DNA of 64,000 nucleotides from Spironucleus salmonicida (Eukaryota): NCBI RefSeq assembly GCF_000497125.1, contig NC_090597.1, positions 879,797 to 943,796 of the forward strand, read 5' to 3'. Shown piece by piece: positions 51,603 to 64,000 of this stretch (position 1 is its first letter; each line of letters starts with the position of its first letter). The notes under the pieces were generated by a model. It saw only the letters and a program-made list of their open reading frames with translations, ran no database searches and was not told where the DNA came from. The position numbers and the translations under genes were made by a program.

Positions 51603-52299
51603 TTTTAGAGTTTAATTTTATTATTATTATATTTATGCTAAATACTTACCAGTTTAATACAATATTTATTAATATAATTAGATATAGATAAAATGTTTGT
51701 TATCAGTTTTCAAGTATATATTGATTAGCACAATATATGCAAGAGTTATAAAACTAAAAATCAATAACTGAAGCTTTATGTGTAATCTATATATAAATAT
51801 AAAATTATATTATTTATAAATTAACTAATTTATCGAGTTACTGTATAATAGGTTAATAAATAAGCTTATAGAAAAGCTATAAAATGAGAAATGAAAATCA
51901 TAATTATAATGTAAACCTATTATTTTAATTCTAAAAGTTGTTATAATAACATATATATGAACTTCATAAATCTTATTTTCATTTAGTAAAATTATATACA
52001 TTGTCAGATAAGGCTACGATAAAATAAAATTTATTTATCTAAAATTTAACAGATTGATCTGACGAAGGTTTAGAGTAATAAATTGATCTTGTATAGTTAG
52101 CATATGTAAAGTCTGATGCTAAAAATGCAACCAATGAATAAAATATGTCTACCATTATAAATGAAATAGAAATAATCAAATTTATATTTTATGCTGTCTG
52201 TACCGCACTACTAAGCACATAGTAAATTATATAATAACAATTCTAGTTTTAACAATATTATTGTATACTTTGGGAAAAGCTCTAGGTAATATATAAGTC

Positions 52300-52571
52300 T
52301 ACAGATGCTGATTCATGGGGAACATATGCTTTAATAGAACTGAGTATGAAATCTCTTGCCGTATTATAAGTGCACAATAGATTAAAATTTGCATACAATC
52401 AACCGAACTAGAATATTGCTGCTGGTTTGAGCACTATATATAATCAGAGTAAGAAGGTATCATTAAAGTAATAGCATGACTGACCGCATAGGATGAGTGG
52501 TTCTGGTGATAATCGGAGCAACTGTTGCGGCTTTAGCGTATTTACTTATCAGGATAGCTGAGATGGAATGA
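52300..52571 (+). pseudogene. Relic CRMP-like transmembrane tail
   Basis: VVLVIIGATVAALAYLLIRIAEME* ending in GAATGA; the upstream part is eroded. Confidence 0.35.
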
Positions 52572-53237
52572 GTGAAATCTTATTCATTATTTGCATAAGT
52601 TGTAAACCCTATCATATTATACCTACATAAATTTATTTTGAGTTTGTACAATTATAGGAGTTATAATTTTATCTCAATAAATCAATTAAGCGAGCTTGGA
52701 ATTATAAACCAATTCTCTATGTATTTGAATAGTATTGTTGTATAATTACAACCATCTAGCTGGAATGAGTAATACTTATTTTTAAAATAGATATAATTAC
52801 AGTTATTTATAATAATATCACATTTAATATACTGTTTTATGATTATCCAAATATATAATATATATAGGTATTATTTTGGTTTTTAATTTTTACTAATATT
52901 AAGTTATATAATATAAAACGGTATTTTTGAATTTAATTTAAAGATTGTAAGTTATTACTCATTTTACATAAATAATTATACCTACTATTCTTGCATATAT
53001 TAAAACGCATCATCACGTTTGTTCAGTTTACTGCTATTAATTTATATCTAATGTATGTAAAATTTAATTTAATAATATACATTATATAATATCAATTCCC
53101 ATACCTATCGTAAACTTTTCATACAATCTATCGTTACTTAATTATTGCACTTCTATTTCAATAAGCAAAAACACAATACCACCAATTCTCATTATTATTC
53201 AAACTTATAACATATTCATATTTTCACGTCCATAAAA

Positions 53238-55652
53238 ATGTCAAACATGTGTAATTCTTCAAATACAACTACCTGCAGTGAAGGTTTCTTCTGTCCATCC
53301 AACGTAGGATCTGATGATACAGCTTGCTTCAAATGCAAATCAGAATGCGCAACCTGTACAGGAGAATCCGAAGACACTGCAACGTGTTTAACCTGCGCGG
53401 ATGGATAATATCCAAGCAGCGGAACCTGCGCAAACTGCGATTCGAAATGCGCCACCTGCACAGGAAGTGGAGACAGTGCCTGCCAAACCTGCACTAATGG
53501 AAACGTTCTAAACGTAAGTTCGTGCACTGCCTGCACAACAAGCTAAATGACTGCTTGCACGTGTTCATCAGCCAAAAACTGCACAACCTGCGATTCTTCT
53601 GATACATCAAAATGCGAAGCTTGCATACAAAATTTTGACCCCTCTGGAACAACCCCTTGCTAGAACTGCTTAACCGGATTTTTCAAGTCAACCAATTCTG
53701 GGAGTGATACTTGTACGGCATGCGACGTCAAATGCGCAACCTGTAGAGGAGGTGGAGCCACCGCCTGCCAAAGCTGTGTAAATGGGAACTTTCTAAGCAG
53801 AACCACCTGCTCTGCATGCGTTTCCGGAAACTCCATGAAATGCACCTGTGGAACCTCTGAGAATTGCGTAACTTGCGCTGCAGATAAGACAAAATGTGCG
53901 ACCTGCATCGGTGAATATGATATGTCTGCGAATCCTCCTTGCTCAGCATGCAAGGCAGGTTACTTTGAGAGTTCTGATATCCCAAAAACCTGCTCAAAAT
54001 GTCCAGAAAACTGCGCAACTTGCACCGCAGAAACCACCTGCAAAACCTGCAAAGATGGGAACGTTTTAACTGCAAATTTGTGCGTTCCATGCACAAAAAA
54101 TTAAATGACTGCATGCACGTGCAAATCTACTAAAAACTGTCAAACATGTAATGCTGCTGATATGGGAAAATATGCAACCTGTATCAATAACTTTGACCAC
54201 TCTGGAGCCAACCCTTGCTAAAACTGCTTGCCAGGATTTATCAAGGAGATCGATTCCGGGAACGAGATTTGTACGGCCTGCTCTGCGAACTGCGCAACCT
54301 GTACCTCCAGTTCAGTATGCACTATCTGTAAGGATGGGTATTTACTAAGAGGCAATGAATGCGCTGCCTGCACAACAATATAAACTACTGCCTGCACCTG
54401 CTAGGGTGCAAAAAACTGCTCAATATGCGATATTTCTATGATTAAATGCGCAGCCTGCATCAACAACTACGAACTAACAGGATCCTCCCCTTGCGAGAAA
54501 TGCAAGCAAAGATTTTTCGAGGACATTACTGCAATTCTCAATAAATGCACGGCCTGCTCTAATAACTGCACAACGTGTACATCTGCCTCCGTTTGCACAA
54601 TTTGCGAGGAAGGGTTTTTGATTGAAAACAACATTTGCGTAGCCTGCACAGACGAAAACTGCAAAACCTGCTCAGCTAACAAAGACACCTGCACAGCGTG
54701 CAAAAATGACTTTTCAGTTGTAAACGGCAAATGCGAAAAGACATGCACCACCGCTGCCGAATGCCGGTCCAACTAAATTTGCGACATTATCTGCAAAACC
54801 TGCACCGGTAACTGCGCGGTGTGCAAGGACGACATCGCCAACTGCAGGGTCTGCTAACCGGGGTTCCTGCTAACCGACAACACTTGCCGCTAGTGTCCGA
54901 TGGGCTGCGCGAACTGCGCTGGCGACACTTCTGTTTGTCAGATTTGCCTGAACAATTTTTACTTCAAAAAAGATAAATGCTTCATCTGCACCGGGAACCT
55001 GAAGGAGCCGTGTCAGTGCCACCGGGCAATTAACTGCGGCAGTTGCGACCTCGAAAACCTATCAAGGTGCGCTACCTGCATTTCTGGGCACGCAATCGAC
55101 AAGAATGGGGAGTGTAGTATCTGCGCGTAAGGCTTTTTGATGCTGGGAGGCGTCTGTGCGAAGTGCGATTCCAGATGCGGTACGTGCTCGCAAAACGCGA
55201 AAACGTGTGATAGCTGCGTCAAAGGCTACACGATGAACGTGCATCAGACGTGTGAAGAAGTGTGTGCGGATACGTTAACAGACGGGCACGCTTGCATTGG
55301 CGGTAAAGCTGTGTAGTGCGGGAGCCGCGGGCAGGTCACTGAATGCAAATGCGGGGATAGCATAAACTGCAGAATTTGCTCAGCTGATGGTAGCAACAAG
55401 TGCGGGGACTGCTTATACGGCTACAAAATTGAAGATGGTGCGTGCGCTAATTGCGTTGACGGGGCTGTTGAAGTAGGAGCTTTTTGCTTTGCAAGTGCAG
55501 AAGAAAGTAATCGTCTGTCTTCTGGTGCGGTAGCAGGAATTTCGCTGGCAGTTATCGCGGTGGTGTTGGGTGCTTCTGGTGGAGTTTTCTGGTATCTTAG
55601 GAGGGCGAAAATCGCAAAGCGGAAAACAGTAATGAAGTGGAGGTAGTAATGA
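53238..55652 (+). CDS. Cysteine-rich membrane protein (long-tail type), 804 aa, with four ~91-95-aa tandem modules
   Basis: MSNMCNSSNTTTCSEGFFCP. Track ORFs 53835, 54438 and 54900 are in frame. TM LSSGAVAGISLAVIAVVLGASGGVFWYLRRAK, TGA 55650-55652. Confidence 0.92.
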
Positions 55653-58600
55653 TGAAAGTGAGCTGTTGGATGTAAATATTTATTAAATTAGTATCTACTT
55701 GGTGATAATTCAAAAGCTTGGCATTTTGCATTTTGGGGGTAAGTGACAAGGTGTGCTTAGAGGATGGGAAATAAAAACTCCATTTATAACGATAAAAACA
55801 TATATTGAAATATATAGTAGGGAATCTATCATTGAGCTTTGCCTAGTATTGTAGCCGATTCATCAATTCGCTAATATACGTTTTACTTATTAGGTTTTAC
55901 ATTACTATTCTTTTAAACTAAATTAGATTTTTTCTTCATTTAAACAGCATAGACTACTCCGCCTATAACAATGCCAACTACAGCTATTATACCAACAACG
56001 ATTCCGATTATAGAGCCGCTGCTCATCTTATTTATTTATGGTAGACACGACCCGTCTACAGGACGAGCATTATCTTTGCATTAGGTGCACACAGTCTTGC
56101 TATCACAGGTGAAGCAATTAGCAGGACACTACTCCCAACTATTACCATTATCTTATACCTTGCAGTAAAATCCAGCGAACTAGCTAATATTTTATTGGCA
56201 TTAATCATCGACACACTTTCCATCAGACGAAAACCGTGCATAATTTAAACATTCTGTGCAAGTGTCTGTGTCAGAGCAAACATTGCATAAATCAGGACAT
56301 TAAATACATATATTTCCAGAATCAAGTTCTTTACAGCTCTTACCCTAAGGACAACCTCTTTTATCTTCGCACTAATCCTTTACGCACTATTAATCATTGG
56401 TGAATCTATATCCATCCAAACACAAATCACATGTATCAACTACTGAACATTGCTAGCAATTTTGAGAACATTTCAAACAGCGGTTATCCTTTTTCAAGTA
56501 GCCAGTTGAGCATCTACTGCAAACCTCTGCGGTATTACAAGTAGCGCATCCTTCCATGCAGTTAACGCAAGTCGAGCCAGTGCTTTTAGCATCACAGAAC
56601 TAGTTAGGTCCGCAGGGATTATTTATGTTGCATTCGCTCGGAACGCACTCACCACCAACCAGATCGTGGTGGTCTTTGCAGAGGCCGCATACATCCTTAG
56701 ACGCACATGCGCGGCAGTTGGCCTTACAGAACGTGCACGTATTAGCCATCTTATCAAGCAAATAACCATCTTTGCAAATTTAGCATTCTTAGTATCTGGA
56801 ACATTTTTTGCAGTTTTCTGGGCAAGGCAAGCAGTCATTATCAAAAATCTTGTAACCCTCTATACATTCATAACATACGTTATCTTCGCAGTTTATACAG
56901 TTTTCTGGGCATTTCTGGCACACTTTATTTATAAAATTATAGTCAGGTAAGCATCGGCTACAGGACCGTTTGCTAGTGCATTCACTGCAACCTGGGGCGC
57001 AGGGCTAACAATTATGGAATCTATCTTTAAAAAATCCCTGGTTGCAATCTTTGCATACCCACTATCCACTGCAGATATTGCAGTCCTGCACGCATTTAAC
57101 ACACTAACCGTCTTTAACTATGTATCCTGGGATACAGTTGGAGCATCCGCGGCTGCCACAATTTTCACAGTTTTCCTTACATGCCTTGCAGGTATTACTC
57201 TCTAAGTAGTATCCATATCGGCATGCTTAACACTTGCCCCGTGAAGACAACTAGCACCTCTTGCAGTTGAATATTTCACACGCTTTGCAAATTTGTGGCT
57301 TTTTTTTGTCAGTGCTTGGGCAAACAGTGCCTTCTGGACAGGTTTTTGTAGGGCAGATGTAGGGGTTCATTTAATAAACTTTAGAAACTGTATTTACACT
57401 TATATATACGAATTAATATAAATGATATTATTTGCTTACTTATGTTTTACTTATAATAATAATTATTGTGCGAAAGTAAAAACGATAGTTTTTAAAGTTT
57501 CTATATATATAAATTGTAATGTTTTTCTTTTTAACGATTAAATAATAAAAATATTATTATGGCAATAAAATTATATCCATAAAAATACTACATTACAATA
57601 AAAACTTTCATGTAATGTGAAATTTTTATCCAAATATAATAATTATATTATTATTTTATATTAAAATATATACTCATTAGACTGTATTCAAAGTATATTA
57701 TACTAAATTATTTATCAATATATTGTATTGAGCGATATATTATTGATACGCATCTTCAGTTGCAAATCATTGTTTTTATACCCATATAATATACTATAAT
57801 TTAGCGTATTTAAGGTGCAAATTTAGTTTCCGCTGTATACGTTCTCAGATACTAAAGGCGTTTCAATCGATTAAATCCAAAATTTGCATCAAAGTATATA
57901 AATACAAAAACTGTTAAAATAGCAGCAAAATGCGAAAAAGGTCCAATACACCGTGCGCGGGAAGGGATTTCAGCGCGAATACTTGAATCATCATGTGCTA
58001 AATAAGATGGATGTGTAGAGAAGTGCAGTGAATGAAATACAGGTCATTTGGGCAGTAGAAGCGTTTTTGAGGTGTGCCTGTGGGAGCTATAATAGAAAAG
58101 TATTTAAATATGTTAGAGAGACTTTTCCCTGAAATATGGAGATATTTGTGTCGCAGGATACAGGAAGATAGCGAATTTGTGCGGTGTATGTACAGATTGG
58201 TATCGGTAATTAACTAAATTTGGAGAAAATTAGGTCGAAAGTGGAAATTCTGATCATATAGTGTTGAGTTGTGCTATGCTGCCCCAGATGCCAATTAGCT
58301 AAGATGATAGGATATTGTGAACGGGAATTAGCGGACTGCTGCCGCGGCCTGCGGAATTGATGTTAAAGGAATTGATTGCAGGTATACAACCTCAGTTAGT
58401 AGTTGTATCTGAGGTGAGTATAAGACTTAATGCAGTTCTTGCTTCCATGGGTACAAATTATAAACGGGTAAATGCAAAAATATGTGAAGATGATTCTATC
58501 TAGTCAGCACCCTGATGTTTTGCATCAATAGAGGTATCTGGCAGCATCCCTGGAGGCGTGGTCGTCAGAATTATGGTTGCGGGCGCCTTCGGGCCAACCT

Positions 58601-61185
58601 TACTTTATATTCCGTCAAGAAGGCATGAACCGATAGCTGTCCTAATATTAACTTAGCAATATAGTTTAAATATAATATATTTGGCAAGAAAACATACTAT
58701 ATGCTACTGTAATCATGTGTAGGTGGGGGTTTTCAATCTTAAAAATAGCTATAATTCCCCATACTTAGGCTCACTATAGTAATCGAAAATATTGCTAATA
58801 TAATTTTTGAGCATAGCACTGGTTTTAATAAACTAGCGGTCGATGGCGATTCTTTATTAAAATTTATTTAAGTATTATATATTATTGTATATACTAAATT
58901 TTGAATAAAAATGAGGATCCTAAAAGTCCAATTACAGCTACACTGAAAAGTCGGATTAATATATGATACTAGGGTATAACACAGTATATGGTACTTCTTG
59001 TTTCATGAATCAAATTAAAATAAAATATAATGGATTAATATCGCCATATTACAGGTCATGGGTACAAGATGTTGCTATCACTACTGGGATAGCTGAGAAC
59101 CTTGCTTTTTTTCTTAAAATAGATAACCTGGCCGATAGTCGCACAGCTGCTATCGATTACTATTTGACCAATAGTTCCTGTGATCATATTGCTGGTTTGC
59201 TGCTTTAGAGTGCAAAGTACACTATGAAGCTATTTTGCTCTAGATAATATCCAGTAGCATCTCTGTATCATGCGCAATCAGACAAAAGGAAGCCTCTCAT
59301 GCACTGGGTGGAGGCCCTCCAATCACGGAGCAAGCAGGTGTGAAGATTACCACATGTGCACAAAGAGGATATACCATCGGTACCACACTTGATATGCCTT
59401 CCACCATGATAGAATTCACCATCCTTGAGCTCCTGACTGCGTATGAAACATATTTTCCATCCTTCTTCGCACATTAAAAAAAGCACAGCACGCAGCCTAC
59501 TAACCTGGTATGAATTTCATCTAATTTTTCAACTCACAGTTAGTGCAGCTCTTCGACACCCACAGGCAAAATTATAATTGTTCATGATTTATATCTTGTA
59601 TGTACCCGTTTTAAGGAATAAACCATTTTCGCATTTATTCCATATCCTCATATCATTTGATCAGGGTTAATAATTATATATGTTGTATCTAGCATATTAC
59701 TCCTTATTTTGGATGATTCAACATACATGGCGTTCATTATCCGGTGATACTGTATCATTTTAGCATCTATCGCTATTTTCAACTTCACAAAGTGTGAAAT
59801 TTTAAGAACACTAATATTAGTAGATATCTTAATTACCTAGCTAACATGGTTTCCTATAAGTTCCTGAGTGAATAAAATTGTGTATCCAACTGGTACACAC
59901 ATCATCGGAGATGAATCCTCTTTGCAGAACAGATAGTAATCCTTGGAATAATTTTAAACGTAATTAGCTTGAAATAATAGCGTGGGAGGCAGGCTGCACA
60001 GGTTATCTGTATGTTGATACTATGTTATTGGTGTCAGTATGAATGTCATTTAATATTTACTGATTTGCAAATTAAGGAGTCTCAAGAGCTGTCGCAATTC
60101 CAATCGTATTATTCTTGGATTTTACTTTTTAGACAAATATCATATGATCCCATAGACTCATATTAGCAATATTAGCATACTCTGCACGCTTGATCTGGGT
60201 TAATATATTACTAAAGGCTTATATAATAGTGAAAACATTATTGTAGGAATATAAGTATTCTCTATTATATTAACTTTCACAATCAATTTATGATAGTATT
60301 TGCCTGAACACATTGCACGCTCTTAACTGCATTTAGCGCAATCTTTATATACCCAATCTTACACAAGCGCCATGTTATGGTATAAATAGCTCTAAGTACA
60401 ATTGAGAGAGAACTTATTGCAGAATCATTGTACATATATCATTTTATGGCAGCTAATCTTTATATAGGACATGAAAAACATAATAATTAACTAGCAATTT
60501 CTATATCTAAGTTTAGTTATGTTATTCTAATCAACTTACTGGTATATATCAAATTGAAGTCTAGTTTTTATCTAGATTTATGTATTAAATAGCATATCCT
60601 AATTCTTCATAAACTATATTTCTCTAGCATATACCTTACTATTATTAGTTTTAGCTATCATACATGACTATAATCTATCTATTTTCGATAATCAGTAATT
60701 AACAATCCTTAATGAATCTCTTTAATGCTTACCCTGTAGCAATTGATTTTGCCTCGGCAGATAATATTTACTTACATTTATCAAAAATGACAAAACTGAC
60801 TATTATAATATTTAACACGGCATTGACTATTACTGGTACTCCGCTTTATCTATAGACTAGTATTCTCAATTTATCGTAAGTTTATTATTTGATCTGGGTG
60901 TATGCCGTCAATATAGTGTAATATAATTTCCCGCATATAATTGTAATATTACGTTAGACCACATTATGAAATTGCAAAGTTTAGGATCTAGTTAAATATT
61001 TATAAACCTAAAATTAGTATCATTCATATAATTATAAATCTGATTAGCAATATATTCTGAAATCTAAATCTAGTATTCGAAACCTTTTTACCAATTTTAG
61101 CTAATACATTCCTCACGAATTGTTGTTTTTATCGTTTTAAATATAATAATATCGATCAGTCCCCAAATAATATACAAGGCTACAA
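55480..61185 (+). repeat. ~5.7-kb direct segmental duplication, copy B (partner ~40000-45760)
   Basis: Collinear near-identity with copy A. Confidence 0.9.
55829..57370 (-). CDS. Cysteine-rich membrane protein, 513 aa, duplicate of 40360-41901
   Basis: Same MNPYICP start, same 1542-nt length, same TM and tail; divergence is concentrated in patches. Confidence 0.9.
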
Positions 61186-63192
61186 TAGTAGGTATTATTT
61201 CTAGATATATTTTAGTGGAATCGTTATAAGTTAACTATACATTTTTATAATTGAACCGTTGATATTGGTTACTGTCAGTTGATTGTTTTTTCTTGACGAT
61301 GAACATATAAACAACAAAACTTCCAATTAGACCAATATTGTCTATTATTCTGATAACTGCACCAATAATATACCCAAGCATCATATGGTGATATGTGAAT
61401 GCTAAATCCCATTAGTAGGGGAATTATCATGTTTACATTTAGAAATAACCTTGCAAAACTAAGTCACCATCACAAAAGAGTAAAAGATCATTTGTGGGTT
61501 TCCAAAAACACATAACAATTTTATAATTCGTGTTACGACCCATGAAATAACTAAGCCTTTCGGACACTGATAAATGCTGTCTTACTCTTTTTGGATGTTT
61601 ACTTACTTCTCTATCTTGTAATATTCTTTGCTAATATTTTGCATATTATATTTTATCGTCTACAAGTTAAATGTGCTACGATTCAGGCTAAAATTAACCA
61701 TATTTTATTTTATGCCATTATATTATTTTATGTTTTAAATTTTAAATTTATTTTATTTGTTATTTAAGGAAATAAGTATTATGGAAACTAGAATTATCTT
61801 TTATTGAAGATATAGATTAGATTTCAGTTATCGTACTTTCATTTTAATAATTATATTTTTGCTATATTATTTTAGTTCTTATTCAATTTATTTTCATAGC
61901 GTTTCTCGCTTTATCAAGTGTTTCTAAATATTATAGTTTCATCTATTGGTATGAAAAATGAGTTAAATAGATAAAACGTAATCTTGAATTTAAAACTTGA
62001 TACCCTTGAATTGATTTTAATGCGGCGGGCCGTTCAAACACAATCTCATACGTGTCATATTTCTCACGACCCGCTGTAGCCTAAACGAACTTTGAAATGA
62101 AGTTTTTAAGTATAATAAAACAGTCTTACAAAATAATTTTAAAATCATGCAAAACATAAATTTCTGTAGCAGCAAAAGGTACAAGAGAAAAGTGATGTGT
62201 ACATTTTGGTTTTGTTAAAACAAATTATTCATAGTTGTTTTATTAAACTGAAATTGATCATGGACTTTTTGCTTCTCTCTGTTCGATTTCCTACTATGTG
62301 GTTGTACGGTTTCAGCTATTACTTAAAACTTACAGCTATTTGTTAATTATTATCATAAAATATACTAAATAATAATTACGCAAATCGGTAAATATAATAT
62401 GATAATTTAGAGGTATTATATAATTATTTTGTGTCATTTGTACTAAACTATTTTGTGCTCAATTATGTATTAATACAATTAATAATTAAAATTCAATGTA
62501 AAGCCAAACCCTAGTTAATTCGTATAAAATTCATCTGATTAAGCAAGTTACATCCAAATATAACGGAAATCAGCGAGAAATAAATTTTGTGCTCATTGAA
62601 TTTCTGATAAAATTTGAAATTTATATATTCAGTAATTTATGCTTTCTTAATGGATATAATCTAGCTATTTATTAAATTGTTGGAAAATTGACAGTTTAAC
62701 TCGTTTTGTTAAGTACTACTATTAATGATAGTAAAATTATAACCAAGCACCAGAAATTATAGAATCAACATATATACAATTAGTTCATTATTTAGAATTC
62801 ACAGAAATATATTATAATAAATAAGATAACTATAACCAATTGTTAAGTTATCATATGTATATAATAATTACAAAACTGAACGACAAATTATATTTTCTAA
62901 AATTAATGTTAGTTACATATTAAGTAACAATTTATTAAATAAAACTCTCTTAACCTGGAATAGATTATTACATAGATGTAGGCTAATTTATGAAGTTTCT
63001 GAAATAATTAAGTATCTATAAATACAATCATTTATATTAATATAATCTATGTTTGCATGAGTATATCAAATTTGTGTTTTAACAATTATATATTACTACT
63101 ATAAATTAATATTACTGTTTTTTAAAAACTAAAATCCATATCATCATTTACATCAAGTTTAATATAATATTTCGAAGATCTATTTTCAGAAA

Positions 63193-64000
63193 ATGACAGA
63201 CACGGGGACTTGCTCAAATGCCGTCTTCAACTGCAAGGCTGGTTATTTCTGCCCTGCAGAAGATTCAACTACCGTAGAATGTCAACCGTGCTAGGAATAT
63301 ATGGAATATGGTTAAAGTTGCTACTGTGAAGATACCAAACCAATAAAGAACTGTCAAGCATGTACGGGCAAGCAGTGCTCTACATGCGTGCGTAATACAT
63401 TTTTATAAAATGACAAATGCATAAATTGTCCTTTATACTGCGATACCTGTGCAAACGCAAATTCTTGCATTACGTGCTCCGAAGGCTACGAAAAGAACCC
63501 ATATACTGGTCTTTGTGAGTTATCCTGTAAAAGCGAAGATGGATGTCTGCCAGTCGGATTATATTTCGGTGATCCAAGTACATAAATGTCTATACCTTGC
63601 ATTGCGAATTGCATTATTTGCTCTTCAACCACCACTTGCGATTTTTGCCACCCTAAAGGATTTGTCATTACACTAACAGGCCAATGCACTAAGAAATGCG
63701 ATGATATTCAAGACGGATATTACTGTGAAGACGGAGTTGCAAAGCTTTGCGATGATGATCTGACGGCAGAATGTACATGTGGCAATGCCTCCTATTGTGC
63801 TTCTTGCCATTCCACTGGGAAAAGGTGCGAAAAGTGTTTGCCAAATATGAACTTTAACACATCTGGCGAATGTGCAGTTTGCTATGACGGATTTTCGCTC
63901 GAAAGTAGTCAGTGTATGCCCTGCACTGGAAGCTAATCATCTCCCTGCACATGCAAAACGGCGGAAAATTGTTCTACCTGCGATACCGATACGGGAAAAT
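63193..64000 (+). CDS. Cysteine-rich membrane protein, 5' part (runs off the window); paralog of 4366-6104
   Basis: MTDTGTCSNAVFNCKAGYFCP, open to the window end with TAR=Gln and in frame with track ORF 63586. Confidence 0.88.

Noticed and set aside
8721-55652. CRISPR-like or prokaryotic repeat arrays
   Set aside because: The recurrent ACCTGC/TGCGC motifs are Cys-Thr codons in coding repeats. There is no constant repeat-spacer structure and the DNA is eukaryotic.

Overview
This is AT-rich eukaryotic DNA from a diplomonad (Spironucleus/Hexamita-like). Long ORFs are only continuous if TAA/TAG are read as Gln and TGA is the sole stop, so the supplied standard-code ORF track fragments nearly every gene. 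The window is a cluster of VSP-like cysteine-rich membrane protein (CRMP) genes: 10 intact, 1 running off the right edge, 3 disrupted and several eroded relics. It is built from direct and inverted segmental duplications and shows gene conversion and module shuffling. It also holds a short Nup98/Nup116-type nucleoporin domain gene. The most unusual part is a decayed Polinton/Maverick-like endogenous-virus island at about 18.9-25.6 kb. It carries a ~1,540-codon protein-primed PolB frame (vOTU protease, Cys/His-rich region, exonuclease, VSR-like insert, polymerase) written in the host's TAR=Gln code. A ~157-bp element with AGTAGT...ACTACT ends occurs three times; it brackets a second ORF and sits where the polymerase is truncated. 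All translations were done by hand and no database searches were run.
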